Shown one piece after another: positions 11,808 through 25,587 of a stretch of 64,000 bases of DNA. Where the stretch lies: contig CBFFRP010000067.1 in the NCBI GenBank assembly GCA_965644295.1, positions 118,700 through 182,699 of the forward strand, in the 5' to 3' direction. Origin of the DNA: Paraphysomonas bandaiensis (lineage: Eukaryota > Protista > Chrysophyceae). Positions within the stretch are counted from its first letter, which is position 1. Each line of letters starts with the position of its first letter. A model generated the notes under the pieces. It made no database searches. It was not told the DNA's origin and was given only the letters and a program-made list of their open reading frames with translations. Both the position numbers and the translations under genes were made by a program.

Positions 11808-12632
11808 CCCTCAACAAAGTTCTGGGGGATAATTATAATTGCAATTTAATTGTGCCAATTATTGTCTAATTAACTTAGTTACTCATTTCAACCACGTATA
11901 GCATCTTCAACCGTATGATGATATAATTGACAGAGTATGATATTTACATGGTCAAAACTCTAAATATCCAGGTTTTCGTCTGCAAAAAACAGTAAAAAAC
12001 CTGATAATCCTGTTCATACCGCTGCAAATCCAGTTCGTAGTGAACTTTTACCCTGCAGTGTCCTGTAAGGCATCCAGGATCGGAAGAACATGATTGCCAC
12101 ACTACATATAGATAGATAACTTCAACTAGAGGGGTATTGAGCATTACATATACACTATGGATCGAGCTGAACTAAGTTTTGTAGCTCATATTCAAGAGGA
12201 AAGACACATAATCGACCGTTCAAAAGAACAGTACCTTTTTCTTAAAATGAGAGGCCAACCTTTCCACTATTGTAATAGTCATTGTAATAGCCATTAAGGG
12301 CAATAAATGGCCATCGTTCTTAATGTTTTGCAACTTCTAACTCTAATATTATGATGTGCTCTTATACTATATAGTTAATAATTGCCAATTAAATGCAATT
12401 TAATTGCAACCTTACAGCGAGCAATTATAATTGCAATTATTATACGTATGTTCCATGCAATTTAATTCAATTAATTGTTACGCAGCCTTGCGTACAGGCC
12501 TACAAGCATCTTTCGTAGCACCAAAATTGTAGGATATCAGAGTTAAGCAGCCAGTAGTTAGTTATATTATTGTTTTGCTTATTAGTTCTGACTTACACGC
12601 TTATTGCTAATAATCAGGCACTCACTACTAGT
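11808..12632 (+). mobile_element. Degenerate, interrupted copy of the SINE-like family (head 11808-11832, tail about 12490-12632)
   Basis: ccctcaacaaagttctgggggataa head; tail resembles 27240-27410; CAATT-rich repeats lie in between. Confidence 0.5.
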
Positions 12633-12929
12633 ACATATGGATATCCTCTATCAGATTGCAACCACACATCGTTGAATGGTATCTGGTGCAGTATTATAAA
12701 TTTGATTAAAAAATCGTCGGTATCGTGAACGCGTATTTTATATTATGATATATAGAAGGTTATGATATATAAATTACGCGAAGCATTATATACAGTTTTC
12801 TGAAATGATGAAGACAGCAGTACCGACAGCATATCGAACATATTATAGTCATGACACGACCACACTACTACTATACTGCATCGATCACGCGCAATTTTGA
12901 AATCTTCCAAACCATACGTACATATCACA

Positions 12930-15900
12930 CTATTGAAAGCTTGTACAGGATGAACCTATACTCATATTCGCACTGGCAATGCGATGAGTAAGCACACTAC
13001 TATCGTCTGGAATACTAACTGCCGGTACAGATCCACCCGTTTCGAATACATCAATGCCTGCATTTCCTTTCTGACCATTTGTTGATTGAGTGGGCGGGTC
13101 TATTGATTGCGTTTTATCGTAATCGAATGTCGAGAGCTGAGGTTGTTCGGTAGAGATCGTTGGAGACAGCCCATGTCCTTTTAAGTTATCCATATTATCG
13201 CTTCCCCCGGCGGACAACCCCTCATCAGATATATTAGTAACATACTTTTCATCTGATGATGCCACTACAGCAACAGGAGAATCAGAGTACACAGATTCTT
13301 CATCGCTTCCTTTCTTGCTTCCTTTCTTACCAGCACCCCTTTCATCTCCTGATGAGTAAAGAAAAGGCTTTTGATTGGAGACAAAGTTATCCCTTGATTT
13401 TCCCCCCGGTGAGTCATTACTAGCACTACATTTGAAATCCTTATCAGAATCGGATCGGTTCCCATCTCCCTGTAGTATAGTCATTGCCATTTTATCATCC
13501 GCTCTCGACTTCACCGGGGAAAAGCCATCACCTACGGACTGCAATACGCTCGCAAAAAAATTTCCGGTGGACCCCATTATGCCATGAGACAACATATTCA
13601 TCGAGCTTGGAGTCTTTTTCAGCTTCAACTTCTTGATGTTTCTTTTGTATGCAAGGCCCATGTAGTGGATCAGTTGAATAAACTCAGCGAAATCTATCTG
13701 TCCAGAAGAATCATCGTCCACCTGTGCAACATATTACAAGGTACATACATCTTTTAAAGGTACAACTACCATCATGAATAAAGAAAATTGATCTGTTTGA
13801 GTCACAGAAACTAATTCCAGCACAGGTTTCAACTCAGACAGCTGTAATGAAATGACGTCAGAAATGAAAAATATTACAAAATTCAGGAGAACTGACCGTA
13901 AGCTTTCCGTTCGCTGCTACATCAATTAAGTCAAATATCTCCAGCAAGTTATCGACAGTAGTGTCGCTTAACTTATGAACTTTTTGCATCTCCTTGACCT
14001 TAATCCAAACTTCATTTTCCTCTTTAATGCCTTCCTTCAAAAGCTCCATCGAAGCGATAATAATACCCACGAATAGGGATACCAATACCATAACTCCAAA
14101 TATTATGAATAACACAAAATACCACGCAGCAAACCAACCCAGCCCTCTCGGTCGGTCACATTCTGAGTCGAAGTAGTCTTCACCAGTAGAGTATCCGTAT
14201 AGATCACACCCATACTGCTCAATAAAAACGAAACATATAGATGAAATACATACGTATTAGATATGCACACACCCTACCATGTTTGTCCTAGCAACTTCAG
14301 ACCAATCGTCAAGAGTCGACACCTAAACGAGCGCTGTTAGACTGATATAAAGCAGAAACAGGATATCTTGCCTGAAAAAGAGTGAGGAAAGCTGTAAACA
14401 GATTTCCAAATTTATAAACGTCATTTTCTCTGAAAAGATACACCCCCGCTATTGCGAAATGGAAGAAGAAGAGAAACATGAGCATAATCACATACAACAG
14501 TGCTTTCGCCGAGGAGGAAATAGCTCGCAGAATAACATTAAGATCTGCTATCCAGCTTAGCAGTCGCAGAAGTCTAAGAATTCTCAGCACCCGTAATAAT
14601 CCTACAACAATATATACACATCACATGATACGTATAAAACACTTTCATTTACCAAAATATTCGTGGGAACTCTGTCCAATTGTAAACATCGGAACCCAGG
14701 TCACCAGCACTAGCACTAGGTCAAATGTATTCCATCGATCTCTAAAAAATGAAGAATAGGTTGGGTAGTGGGCGAGCACCTTACACACTATGTCAATGGA
14801 AAAGCCACTCTGAAGCACCCATCGTAAAACAGAGAAATGTCCAACGCCGGAGTCAGGGTTCTGAATCAGCCATATTTCTAAAAATGCGGCACCAGCCAAA
14901 CAACATGCTAGACAATTTTTGTACAGAGCATGATTAGTTAAATTCCTCATCGCCACGCTAACTGACTTGATGTCCCGAATATCGAAGCCTCGGAAAGCAA
15001 CGCATGTAAACCTAGATCGCAAAGATATAACAGCCTTGTCACTGGTGTTTATGTCACTGTCGTCTTCATCTGCTATCTCTTCGTCCTGTCCCCACACCTG
15101 CAGCATGAGCATCAACAGCATTTCTCTGTCATTCAAAAGTGATTCTTCATTAGAATCCACCAGCGGAACAGCTATAGCTTCTTCCTTCTCCAACTCGTTC
15201 AGTCGATCATTGATTCCACTTGTCACAGCAGCTATAGTAAGAGACACCAGGATAAATCCGCATAAGAGGATGAAAGATACAAATATAACGGCAGTGAGAA
15301 TTGGTCTTGCAGAGGGGTCGCGACATACAGGCATGAGCATTTTCCCATAACGCTCCACATATAAAACATCTCCAGACTCCGAGTAATCAGAAGGATAAGC
15401 GTCACACCCATACATGTTGATGTACATCACAAGGCTCCAGTTCTGTACACATTGCGATATAAAAACGGAGAAAATATTGATTCCACAATTCCATACACAC
15501 GGCACTACATACATCTAGAGTAGCAAGCTGGAAGAAGGTCCACATACTCATCGCCATAGATCCAAAATGCATAGGGTCATTCTTCCCAAAAAAAGTGAGC
15601 GCGCAGGCGGCATAAACGATGAACACGAGAGTTAGTAGTAGCCACGTGGAAATGAGAGATCGCACCCCTAGAGAAATGCCGCTCTATAGACATTTATTAA
15701 GGGTATAAATACACACGCAGTGATGTCTATCACTAAAAGCAAAGAAAAAATACAAAAATACAATAATGTGCATGGATATATATTCACGTTTGTCGACAGC
15801 ACACTGTAGGAATCACTTAAACATATAGCTACGTAGACACTAAAAGCAGTAGTAATACGACTTACCACTAGCACATCAATATGGGGCAGATGCTGCAAGA

Positions 15901-16474
15901 AGAATGTTGAAATGATTAGAACACGTATAAGCCTGAACCAATCGCCCACAACACCCTGTCCGAAGGACAAACTCAGTGCCGACACAGTTGCATCAATCAC
16001 TCCAGAGTTTTTGAAGATGTCCCATTTTCGTATCTTCCCCTCTAGCGTTCGCTTCACTGTTATTTTTGCATGGACAGCAATCAACTTTAATACACCAAGG
16101 GCAATAAAATATGAATCAATAAGCCAATCCAGGTAATCAAGGGCGCCCTCCCTGGCATCGTCTAGAGTATGAGACGTGCGAACAGCAAGTGTACTGAAGG
16201 CAAGCATGATAACAATCATACGAGAAATCCGAACTGGTGCCGAATCAACAACCGAATGTACCCAAGTAGACAGTGTTACGGCCCATGTTACGTACTTTGC
16301 TTCTACAGAGCTTTCCTGTTCAGTATATTCAGGTGATATACTTGAGGCTCGTCTGGTCATTGATTTCCGCCTTTGAGACATTATATTTTGTTGCCGATCA
16401 ATCAATCGTTGCCTCTGTAATGCCGCATGGGCAATTAATTCAGAGAAATTTGGTCGATGTTTAGTTAATGGCAT
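12930..16474 (-). CDS. Two-domain (2x6TM) voltage-gated cation channel with C-terminal EF-hands, multi-exon
   Basis: Two ion-transport repeats with pores FGS..TFFQLATLD|NW and FGN..TLFQ|VSTLDDW; S4 LRVLRILRLLR in repeat II; EF loops DVAANGKLT and DDDSSGQIDFAE. Confidence 0.9.
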
Positions 16475-17186
16475 TCTAACTAGAGATGTCCACTATTAGA
16501 TAAACAAGCAACTAATCAACACATATGATCTACTTCACAGTTTCTATTATCATCCATTAAAAACCACTATGGACATTGACCGCATATATCATTAACAGTC
16601 TGATATAGTGTCTATAGTTCTATGATATAGATAAGTAGAGGTCGAGACTATGTATGTATGTATGTACTTGTATGATCATATATATAAAGACAGTCGTCAC
16701 TGAAAAATAAAACAGACATCTACATACATAAAAACAACACTTCACTTCGTATATCTTCTACTTTCGTTATCTGGTTTTCACTTCATTATATCCTCACCAC
16801 CAGCAGTTTGTACCGGATATCAAATCTCTGTTTGAAGTAAGAATTCCTGCTTGCTTGTACACTGTACTGTAGGTTTGCCAGCAAAAATTAGGGGTTTAGT
16901 GTGTGATCCCTAACTTCTTGTATATAAAAAGCCGATATATTATACATTACTGTGTACAAGAACATCGTACTGCTGTATGGTGTACCATGGTGTACGTATA
17001 GGTATATATATTAATGTAAGCACGCACTATAATGAGAGTCGACCACATGATCTAACCATAACCATAGATCACATTCATATTCAGGCCACTAATCGATGTG
17101 TATATCTCCAATCCAACAAATAACAGGAATTTGTGGTTTCATATACCAATACATGTATCATTAAGGGTTTATTATTATATAGAAAC

Positions 17187-18767
17187 ATGAGTAGCGACTC
17201 TGATAGACTGAAGAATGCTGTGTTTTATAATAAAGATCTTATGATGTTAGTTGCATCATTGTTGATTGGTACAGATGATATTGGACTCAATCTCTATAGA
17301 TCTCCTTCTCTTCCACTGTTGCTTACATTTCGTGCCCTGTATAATGAGTTTCGAACTGGAAATGAGATCAAGTCTGTAGTAAATGATTTTATGACGTCTG
17401 TTTCCATGATTGAGTGGGCGATGTATATGGGGTGTAATTTTATTCCTCATTCGGACAAATTATGCAATTATGCCGCAGCTAGAGGTGATATTACGATTCT
17501 ACATTGGGCCCGCAATCACCAGTCTGTCCCGTTCGCTTGGAGCCCAGAGACAGTAGCCGCAGCTGCAGGAGCAGGAAGACTGGATGTTGTTCAATGGTTA
17601 CGAGGTCAGTCTCCGCCCTGTCCATGGAGCTCAAGCACATGTTCTCGTGCTGCATCGTGTGGAAGTCTATCTGTAATACAATGGGCAAGGTCGCAAACGC
17701 CTCCATGTCCGTGGGATAAGTACACGTGCTGCAATGCCGCAGCGGGGGGACATTTAGCTATTCTCCAGTGGATAAGAGCAGCGCAACCCCCATGTCCCTG
17801 GGGTGATTATACATGTGGCAATGCAGCAAAAGGTGGGCATCTGGATATCATTCAATGGGCGAGATCTCAAATTCCCCCCTGTCCCTGGAGTGGCATGACT
17901 TGTCGTAATGCGGCTGGAGGGGGTCATTTGCATGTTCTCGAATGGGCAAGGTCTCAAGACCCACCATGTAATTGGAATAGTGAGGCATGTTATAAAGCTG
18001 CCAAGGGTGGGCACTTCCACATCCTGAAGTGGCTGCGTTCTAGAAATCCACCTTGCCCCTGGGACGAAAGAACATGCTCCAGTGCAGCGGAGGGGGGGCA
18101 TCTCCACATCCTCCAGTGGGTACGGGCTCAACAGCCTCCTTGTCCTTGGGACTGGAGAACGTGCTCAGTTGCTGCAACTAAGGGTCACCTGGACATACTA
18201 CGCTGGGCCCGTGCGCAGAATCCCCCCTGCCCGTGGGACCACTGGACTTGTAGCAACGCGGCCAAGTCCGGACATCTGGATGTGATCATATGGGCACGAT
18301 CTCAGCAACCACCTTGCCCATACAATAACATGACATGCTTTCACGCTGCGGAGGGGGGACAGCTGCACGTTCTGCAGTGGTTACGTGAACAAGACCCACC
18401 TTGTCCGTGGGATATATACTCGTGTGCGAACGCTGCTAGAGAGGGACACCTGGATGTACTGAAATGGCTACGATCTCAAGATCCTCCCTGCCCTTGGGAT
18501 GAGGTGACTTGTGACAAAGCGTCTACAGCTGGTCGTTTAGATGTACTCAAGTGGGTGAGGTCTCAGGATCCGCCGTGCCCATGGGATGAGGCGGCGTGCA
18601 GTGGTGCCTGTTTCGCCGGTCATCTGGAGTTGTTACAGTGGCTCAGGTTACAACATCCACCTTGCCCATGGGATTTTGTGGAGTGCTATAACCATGTTGT
18701 TGCCACTAATAACTGGACTATATTGGACTGGCTCCAGACTCAAGATGAATATGTCTCAATGGCTTAA
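17187..18767 (+). CDS. Ankyrin-like repeat protein (about 14 x 29-aa units), intronless
   Basis: Repeated TC..AA.GGHL.IL.W.R.Q.PPCPW. Confidence 0.9.
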   Translation: MSSDSDRLKNAVFYNKDLMMLVASLLIGTDDIGLNLYRSPSLPLLLTFRALYNEFRTGNEIKSVVNDFMTSVSMIEWAMYMGCNFIPHSDKLCNYAAARGDITILHWARNHQSVPFAWSPETVAAAAGAGRLDVVQWLRGQSPPCPWSSSTCSRAASCGSLSVIQWARSQTPPCPWDKYTCCNAAAGGHLAILQWIRAAQPPCPWGDYTCGNAAKGGHLDIIQWARSQIPPCPWSGMTCRNAAGGGHLHVLEWARSQDPPCNWNSEACYKAAKGGHFHILKWLRSRNPPCPWDERTCSSAAEGGHLHILQWVRAQQPPCPWDWRTCSVAATKGHLDILRWARAQNPPCPWDHWTCSNAAKSGHLDVIIWARSQQPPCPYNNMTCFHAAEGGQLHVLQWLREQDPPCPWDIYSCANAAREGHLDVLKWLRSQDPPCPWDEVTCDKASTAGRLDVLKWVRSQDPPCPWDEAACSGACFAGHLELLQWLRLQHPPCPWDFVECYNHVVATNNWTILDWLQTQDEYVSMA

Positions 18768-19338
18768 ACTGGTTGTTTGTATTTTAATCGTGTGATTTTC
18801 GAGCAGATTTTTTAAATTCCATGAGAGTGAAATTTACTTTTACTTTTAAAGATTGATATTTACTTGATGCGTTGTAGTAATTAACAATCGAAAATACTAT
18901 ATGTCATTCTTCATCAGTACACTATTCTTCAATCACTGTGTGGAGAGTGCAGAGTATGAAGTATGATATAAGGGTCATCATTAATCCTCACTAATTGATT
19001 GTATATAGTATAACAAGTGGTGCCATGCAGAACTAACCTAATTAATAAATATAAAATTTGAACTAGTTCGTTGTCTTTTCATAGGTAAACTCTAAATAAA
19101 TATGTATGTCTTTGAAATGAAAACACAAATTATTAATTACTAGAGCATGAAATTTATCACCAGAAACAAAGTTGTTGACAAAAAAATGGCAGTGACAGGA
19201 GATATCATTTATGATAAATTACATGTCAACAATGAAGAATACACACTCAACAACATCCCTGGACAAAACACAATCCATGTAGTCAGTTTTGTACCTTTAT
19301 AATTTTATATATTTGTAATTTAAATCTTTGCGCAAAAA

Positions 19339-20589
19339 TTAAAACAGGCCACCGCAATGGAAGATTTCGATATCGCTAACCTTAAATGGATCTGGGGTTT
19401 GCTCATCTACCAAGCGTGGATTTAAATATGTATCTGATGCTCCGGATGAGCAGTAAGTTAGGTCAGATGAAAAACGGATAGCATTGGAACCGAGCGACGA
19501 CGAGCCACCAAAAGATAGGAAATCAGCACTGGTGTACAGGAATTGACCACAGGTACTGTATCGCCGTATTGACTCAGTGCAATTTTCAGAGTGTCTCCGA
19601 TGAAGTTCCGTTTGACATCCGTACCTTCCTGCTTTATCTCCGTCCAAGCGAAATACGAAGCATCTGCCATCCCCTCCAATTCCACCGTCAGGAGGTGCCA
19701 GCGGAGTGCTGACATATACTCCGAATACAGCCCCACAAACGAGAGATTTGGTGACCAAAATCAAAGGGCTCAGTGTTCCCACACGGGAAAGAAGAGAAAG
19801 CATACTCCATCCATCTCTTTGGGTGGCATAGGCAAGGTTTATACGCTGCATCATTGCACACGTCGGAAGAAACGAGCAGAGTACATGGGCGGTTTCTTCG
19901 GTAAGCACCGAAGAGAGAGCAGCGAACTCTCTCTCTCGAATAGCTCGTGGAAAAGCAACGCCGTGCTGCATACTATAGGGTGAAGGAAAGCTGTGCGCCT
20001 TAGTATACAGACTTAGAGAAATATGTTCTGAAGATCCTTCTGATACTGGAGATACATCTGCCGAAGGGGCGTCCTCGGCGAAATCAGTTGACGTGCTATG
20101 ACAAGAAGAAAATAAATCCATTCGTCCACGAGTAAATGCACCAATATATCCTTTAACGTTGAGAAATTCTGCAATAACGAAAACGAGGCGATCAAGACGG
20201 ATGGCCTGACGTAAGTATTCCTCAAACAACGCACAACATGAATAAGAATCTCGATTTCGTGGAAATTCAAACTCCAGAAGCCTTTTAAAGGCCGGGCTGT
20301 CCAATTTATGCTCTTCAACATTAGAATGTAGGTTTACAAAATCAGAATAATGTTTAGTTACTGTCCATGAAATCGAAGGAGAATATAGACGAATGTTATA
20401 TGCCTCTGTCTGAGTTAACTCCTCTGATCCTTGATGTACAGAGATACTTAATACAACATCATCAAGAAGATCACGAATATCTTGAAAAGGTATACGAAGT
20501 GTATCTGATGATACAAATACTTGTATAGCACTGTGTTTTTTCTCATAAAGAGACCAAATTGGACGATTTAAACAAAATATTCGTGGCAT
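19339..20589 (-). CDS. PX-like plus TLDc domain protein
   Basis: WTVTKHYSDFVNLH..FEFP (PX-like); YATQRDGWS, GAVFGVY, LSFGG, SDTYLNP, DIEIF (TLDc). Confidence 0.8.
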   Translation of the reverse strand: MPRIFCLNRPIWSLYEKKHSAIQVFVSSDTLRIPFQDIRDLLDDVVLSISVHQGSEELTQTEAYNIRLYSPSISWTVTKHYSDFVNLHSNVEEHKLDSPAFKRLLEFEFPRNRDSYSCCALFEEYLRQAIRLDRLVFVIAEFLNVKGYIGAFTRGRMDLFSSCHSTSTDFAEDAPSADVSPVSEGSSEHISLSLYTKAHSFPSPYSMQHGVAFPRAIREREFAALSSVLTEETAHVLCSFLPTCAMMQRINLAYATQRDGWSMLSLLSRVGTLSPLILVTKSLVCGAVFGVYVSTPLAPPDGGIGGDGRCFVFRLDGDKAGRYGCQTELHRRHSENCTESIRRYSTCGQFLYTSADFLSFGGSSSLGSNAIRFSSDLTYCSSGASDTYLNPRLVDEQTPDPFKVSDIEIFHCGGLF

Positions 20590-22735
20590 ACTGTAAATAA
20601 AAATGAAAACAAATGAAGAGGCATCAATGAGGATAGATCAGTACTGTTAAAAGTCATGAATATCATACAAGCTTCCTTGTGAGAATAATGAGCTTAGAGG
20701 AAGACTTCAGAATGATATTATACGCTACCTCCTAACGCATAATTATGCCCATATTTAGATTAGGTGGCCAACTTTTGGTCTACTTTTTTTTTGGTCTACT
20801 AGCTATAGGAGGTTTTGAAAAAAAGGTAGGATTTTTCTGTATTTTTTTGGAAGTTTCTTATATCAAACTGTAAAAAAAACTGTGGTTGTCACAAGAAATC
20901 GAAATCAATTCTTTCCATATAGTGAAAAAAAAAATGTGGACAAAAAGTGGAAAAATCTGTGGACAACTTTTCAGTTTGTCACATTGATTCCACATTCCTG
21001 GCAACGCACAACATAAAGACACTCACACTCATATTCATATGCTCCAACCTTCATACATACCACATTAACACAAAATTATGACGATATATTATGTTTGTAT
21101 CTTGAACAATGAATCCTGGAATACTAAACAAGTGTTATTGTTCAGGATCTGTTGTTCGACATACTAACACAGAGCATGAATTCAACTCATATACTAATAA
21201 TGGTCACGACACATTACATTTGGGGACATTTGGGGACATATGGGATCATTAAGTTCAATAGTAATAGCACTATTCGGGATATGTCCTCCTGGAATGATCT
21301 GTGCATATACAGTATATCGAAAATGCAGAATCAGAATTCACTATCTCATGTTTGCTATCATGACATTGTTATAGCAGCCGATGTTTTTCGATTTCTTGTG
21401 ACTCACTATGTAACTCACAGTGAGTTCAGGAACTCTCCATAACTGTGAATGTCGCACCCCACACCTCCAGAATAGCATGTTCTATTGGGAACCCAGGGTG
21501 TTGTACATGTCAATGTTTGAGCATATGTGCGGCTATTTACAGTGTATAGAAGTTGTTTACTCCTTTAAGTACTTTTATTTTCATGAAAAGTATATATATA
21601 ACCTTAACTAAAACTGCAAATACATACCGCAACATTAACAGCTCTTCTTGTATACTCTGGATACTAAACAAGTTGCGTCTCATGCTGTGCGCTACCGAAA
21701 GAAGTGTATTGACATCTGCGTGGTCGATGTTCGAATTACAATTATTAACCTTAGATTATGTAACATTTCGAGAACGTGAACATCTTTTCTCAATAACATC
21801 TGTTTACCATTCAATCCTTTATATTATATAGTCATAATACATCAGAAACTAAATTTACTTCTCTTGTAACAATATTCACCCATTAAAACTATGAGTTGAT
21901 TTTACCTGTTATACGCTATTAACTCACTTCGATTGCACAATATACATCGTATTAGCATAACTCAGCTATCGATTAGAGGAGAGTGATATGTATACCGGGT
22001 GAGGGGGTGCTTTAACAGGAGAATTTTTACACAAGAATTGAAGTAGTACTCGTATATGGACAGCAAGGGTAAGCATGGTATGATGAATGCGGCAGAGAAG
22101 CTCTTATACGAGGGTTAATGGGTGCCGCAGCTTGTTGATTGATGAGGTTCTCCGTTGCGACCACCTGATACTTCAAACACTTTACTAACAGAATCAATCA
22201 CCTTCTTGATGACACTTCACCTCTCAATCCCTCCCTACTTCCTCTTCATCTTAGGAAACGATTCATAAATTGAACTTAATTTAATTTTCTTCAGAAATTC
22301 ATAGAGTTTATAAGAGGTAGCTTGCGCGCTTCAATTTTATTCATAGCGATATAGCAATTACTCAAAAAACTCCTTTCTATGGTCTAGTCCACTGGTATAG
22401 GTTTTCTCTTGCAAGAACAATCTTTGCTACTGAAATAATATCAAGGCACAAGTATCCACGTTCGGCATCCACATTTTAGAAAACATGAAAAACGAAGAGA
22501 TACTAAGAAAATCACCCCCCCTCTCCAGAAGAACGAACAGGGTTTCTCGTAATCATTTATGCGTTTAGCTCTAGTGAGGACTTGCTTGGTATTGTACGCA
22601 AGAAATGAGCTGGGATTCTAATAATCAATTATGTATTACTTAATCAACACAATCACTAAACCAGGGTACGCCCTCGGAATGGGGCACTAGATATTCCAAC
22701 ATCGCCCCTTTATCTATTATTACTGTCCTAAATAC

Positions 22736-25587
22736 TCAAGGAAGGCTGTTCGCTAACGCACGGATACGATCTTGAAGTGATATAATGGCATTATCAGTTA
22801 TTTCCAGTATCTCTCCCTGTACACAATGAATCACGAATGAGCATTACGCAGTGTGTTTCACAACTACCTGAGCTCCAAGAAGCTGCACACAAGCCTCATT
22901 TTCCTCCTGACTTAGCTTTATCGACCTACTTGACGAGGATTGATGACGCCGGACACTAGATAAATTCCGCTGGCCTTTCATCCCAGTGGTAGATTCTACG
23001 TACGCTTTTGATCTCTCCAGTGCTTTTATAGATGAATCTAGCCTAGAAGCAACTGATTTCCAGCTCTCAAGTTGGCTAGCATATATTTTTTCCGCATGAG
23101 ATATCTTCGTATACGTTGATAAAGAAACGGACAGCGCACATGCCGCGAGGTCTTTCTGTCTTTGAAGGTTCTCTCCAACTCGTATAATTCGATTCTTCAG
23201 CTCAGCTTGACGCTTGAGAAGAGATTCGAGCCGATGTACCACTCCGTCTTCTCCTTTCCCTTTGCTTTCAAGCAAATCAAGTTGACCTTCACAGACATCC
23301 CGGATAATTCCCTCACTGAATTTTGTGCGCTGCATGAGCTGTTCTAGAGGAAGAACAACATTCTCCTCCAAGTGCTGCTTTGCAGCAATCAGCGCATTCA
23401 TGCACTCAGATTCGGTTGCCTGACAAAATCATCAAAACGACGACTGAATAGCGCGTAGACAGGTCACTAACAGGGTATCATGTAAAATACAGATAAATAT
23501 AGAATACGTATGTCGCAAAGAAATTTGAAGTTGCATACTACGGACAAAGATCACCTTATCATTACGTCGCATTTTTGGTACAGTTTCAATGCCTTTTCGC
23601 GCTTTTAGCACTAATCTTTCCGAGATCCACTGTAGTTCAAACATATCATTGTCTCCGGAAGTGCTCTGCTCAACTGCCATTATCCGATCCTCTTCATTCC
23701 GTCTCTACGATGCAAAGATGTGTATAATTGGAATTGACAAAATATGACTCTCGAACACACTTACTCGTATGTGTCCCTCTAGTTCCATTAATCGAAGGTG
23801 AACAGTTAAGTTGACCGCAGACATATATCCGTCCACTGCACGAAATAAAGCAATATGTCCAACTGTAGGATTCGATACAATCGACACTCCAGCCAGAGCC
23901 GAACATGGACTCGTAGGCTCTTCGGATTCGCTAGTACTATGAGCAAAGACAAGAAAAGCCGTCGAGTCCTCAGGAACAGATGTATCTTTCTTATGAAAGG
24001 GCGGGTCTAACGCGGCTTCATTAGTTTTACATTCTTCCATCCATGCCAGGTCTATCATAAAGGACTTTCCGGAGGAAGAACCAACTACATGAAAATTTCG
24101 CCCGCTTTCTGCGGTTAAGGTCAAATGTATCGCATAATTTATGGTTTCGTAAGGCAGTCCAATGAACACACAGTACATATTTACAAAGCAAGATATACAT
24201 TTGAAGAGGATAAATAACTCTAGTAATTCCCACCTGGGTCGGGAACGAGAGTGTACTGATCCTTCGACAAAGAAGGCGAAGCAGCGACTCCAGATAACGA
24301 CTCGTTTGACACTTCAGTCAGTGCAATAGTTTCTATTTGGACGAGAGGAGGTAATAAAGGAGGCAGTAGTGTATCACTTTTTCCCTCGGTCCATCGGGGT
24401 AACACCTGAAACGTGAGTAAACAGACATACCAAGAAACATTGCAGACAACATCGTCAGTACTCTGCAGTAATACAATGTCGATGTATACTCTACTCACAC
24501 ACAGAGGACATAATATTCATACCTGCCCACCAAGCAAAAATTCCTCGATGTCTCCATTGTTCCATACCACTAAAACAAGGGGAGTAGATGCATACCCTTT
24601 TCCAACTGGAACGCACAAGTCGCATGGATGCATACCGTCCATCTTCGTTACAACTCGGCCCTCCGTACGGAAAGGTCCCTGCAGTACAGGTTCCCGAAAG
24701 AATGCATTGAACAAAATGCTACCAGGGGTTAATAAAGAACTGCCTTTTCTAACTCCAGCTCGGATAACTCTCTCCGGTGCTGAATTGGAACCCATCCCAA
24801 ACGCCGACCGCAAGTAGAGAGAAACCATTTCTCTATACGATTCCCAACTAGCTTTACTATCTCCAGCTTCATCACTATTATAATCCATGTGCAGTGCATT
24901 CATTTCTTGAGACCAATCACTGAGCTGCTCGACAATATGACCTGGTACTACCGCCCCAACAGGAAGAATAGGACACAGAAGCGACAACTGTCCCTCGTCA
25001 TCAAGTAGCACAACCGCCAGTCTCAACCAATCCAAATCCGGACCAAAACAGAAGGAAACATAGTTAGTAGATGGATCTAAAACATACTCTTGCATTTCTG
25101 TCTGGACTACATCAATGACACAAAGTTTACTATTATCAGTAAGGATCACTATGTGCTTGTCACTCAAAGGGTGCCACATTGCTTTCTTAATAGAGCTGCC
25201 ATCAGAACTCGACCAAAGCGGTTTCAACTCGCATTTCAAGCCTTCTGTACCAGGAGAAGTACCCCCATCTAGTGAATACGCTCTTGGAAGTAAAACAGCT
25301 CCAAGAAACTGTTTCCCCCATATCATTAATATTGAACCACATCCATTGAATTGTATATTCCGTATATCCATATCAGAAATAATACTCTCTCCAGTAATAG
25401 TTAACTCTTGTGTATCACATGAACTATCACTATCTTTCTTTAAATTAATGTATCGAATCTTTCCATTATCACATAAAAAAAACAGATCATCCCATACATT
25501 AATTGCAATAGAATTAATAGGAATACCATATGATTCAATAGGTGGTGGGAAAAATTCACCAACTGATTCAATTACACTTTTATTCAT
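22736..25587 (-). CDS. NUP88: Nucleoporin Nup88/Nup82-like, multi-exon
   Basis: Propeller motifs WHPLSDKHIVIL, SFCFG..W, GQLSLLCPILP; C-terminal coiled coil. Confidence 0.8.

Noticed and set aside
20700-22600. Repeat-like intergenic debris (also 44500-46200, 2160-2290, 53530-53610)
   Set aside because: No clear termini, TSD or second copy in the window.
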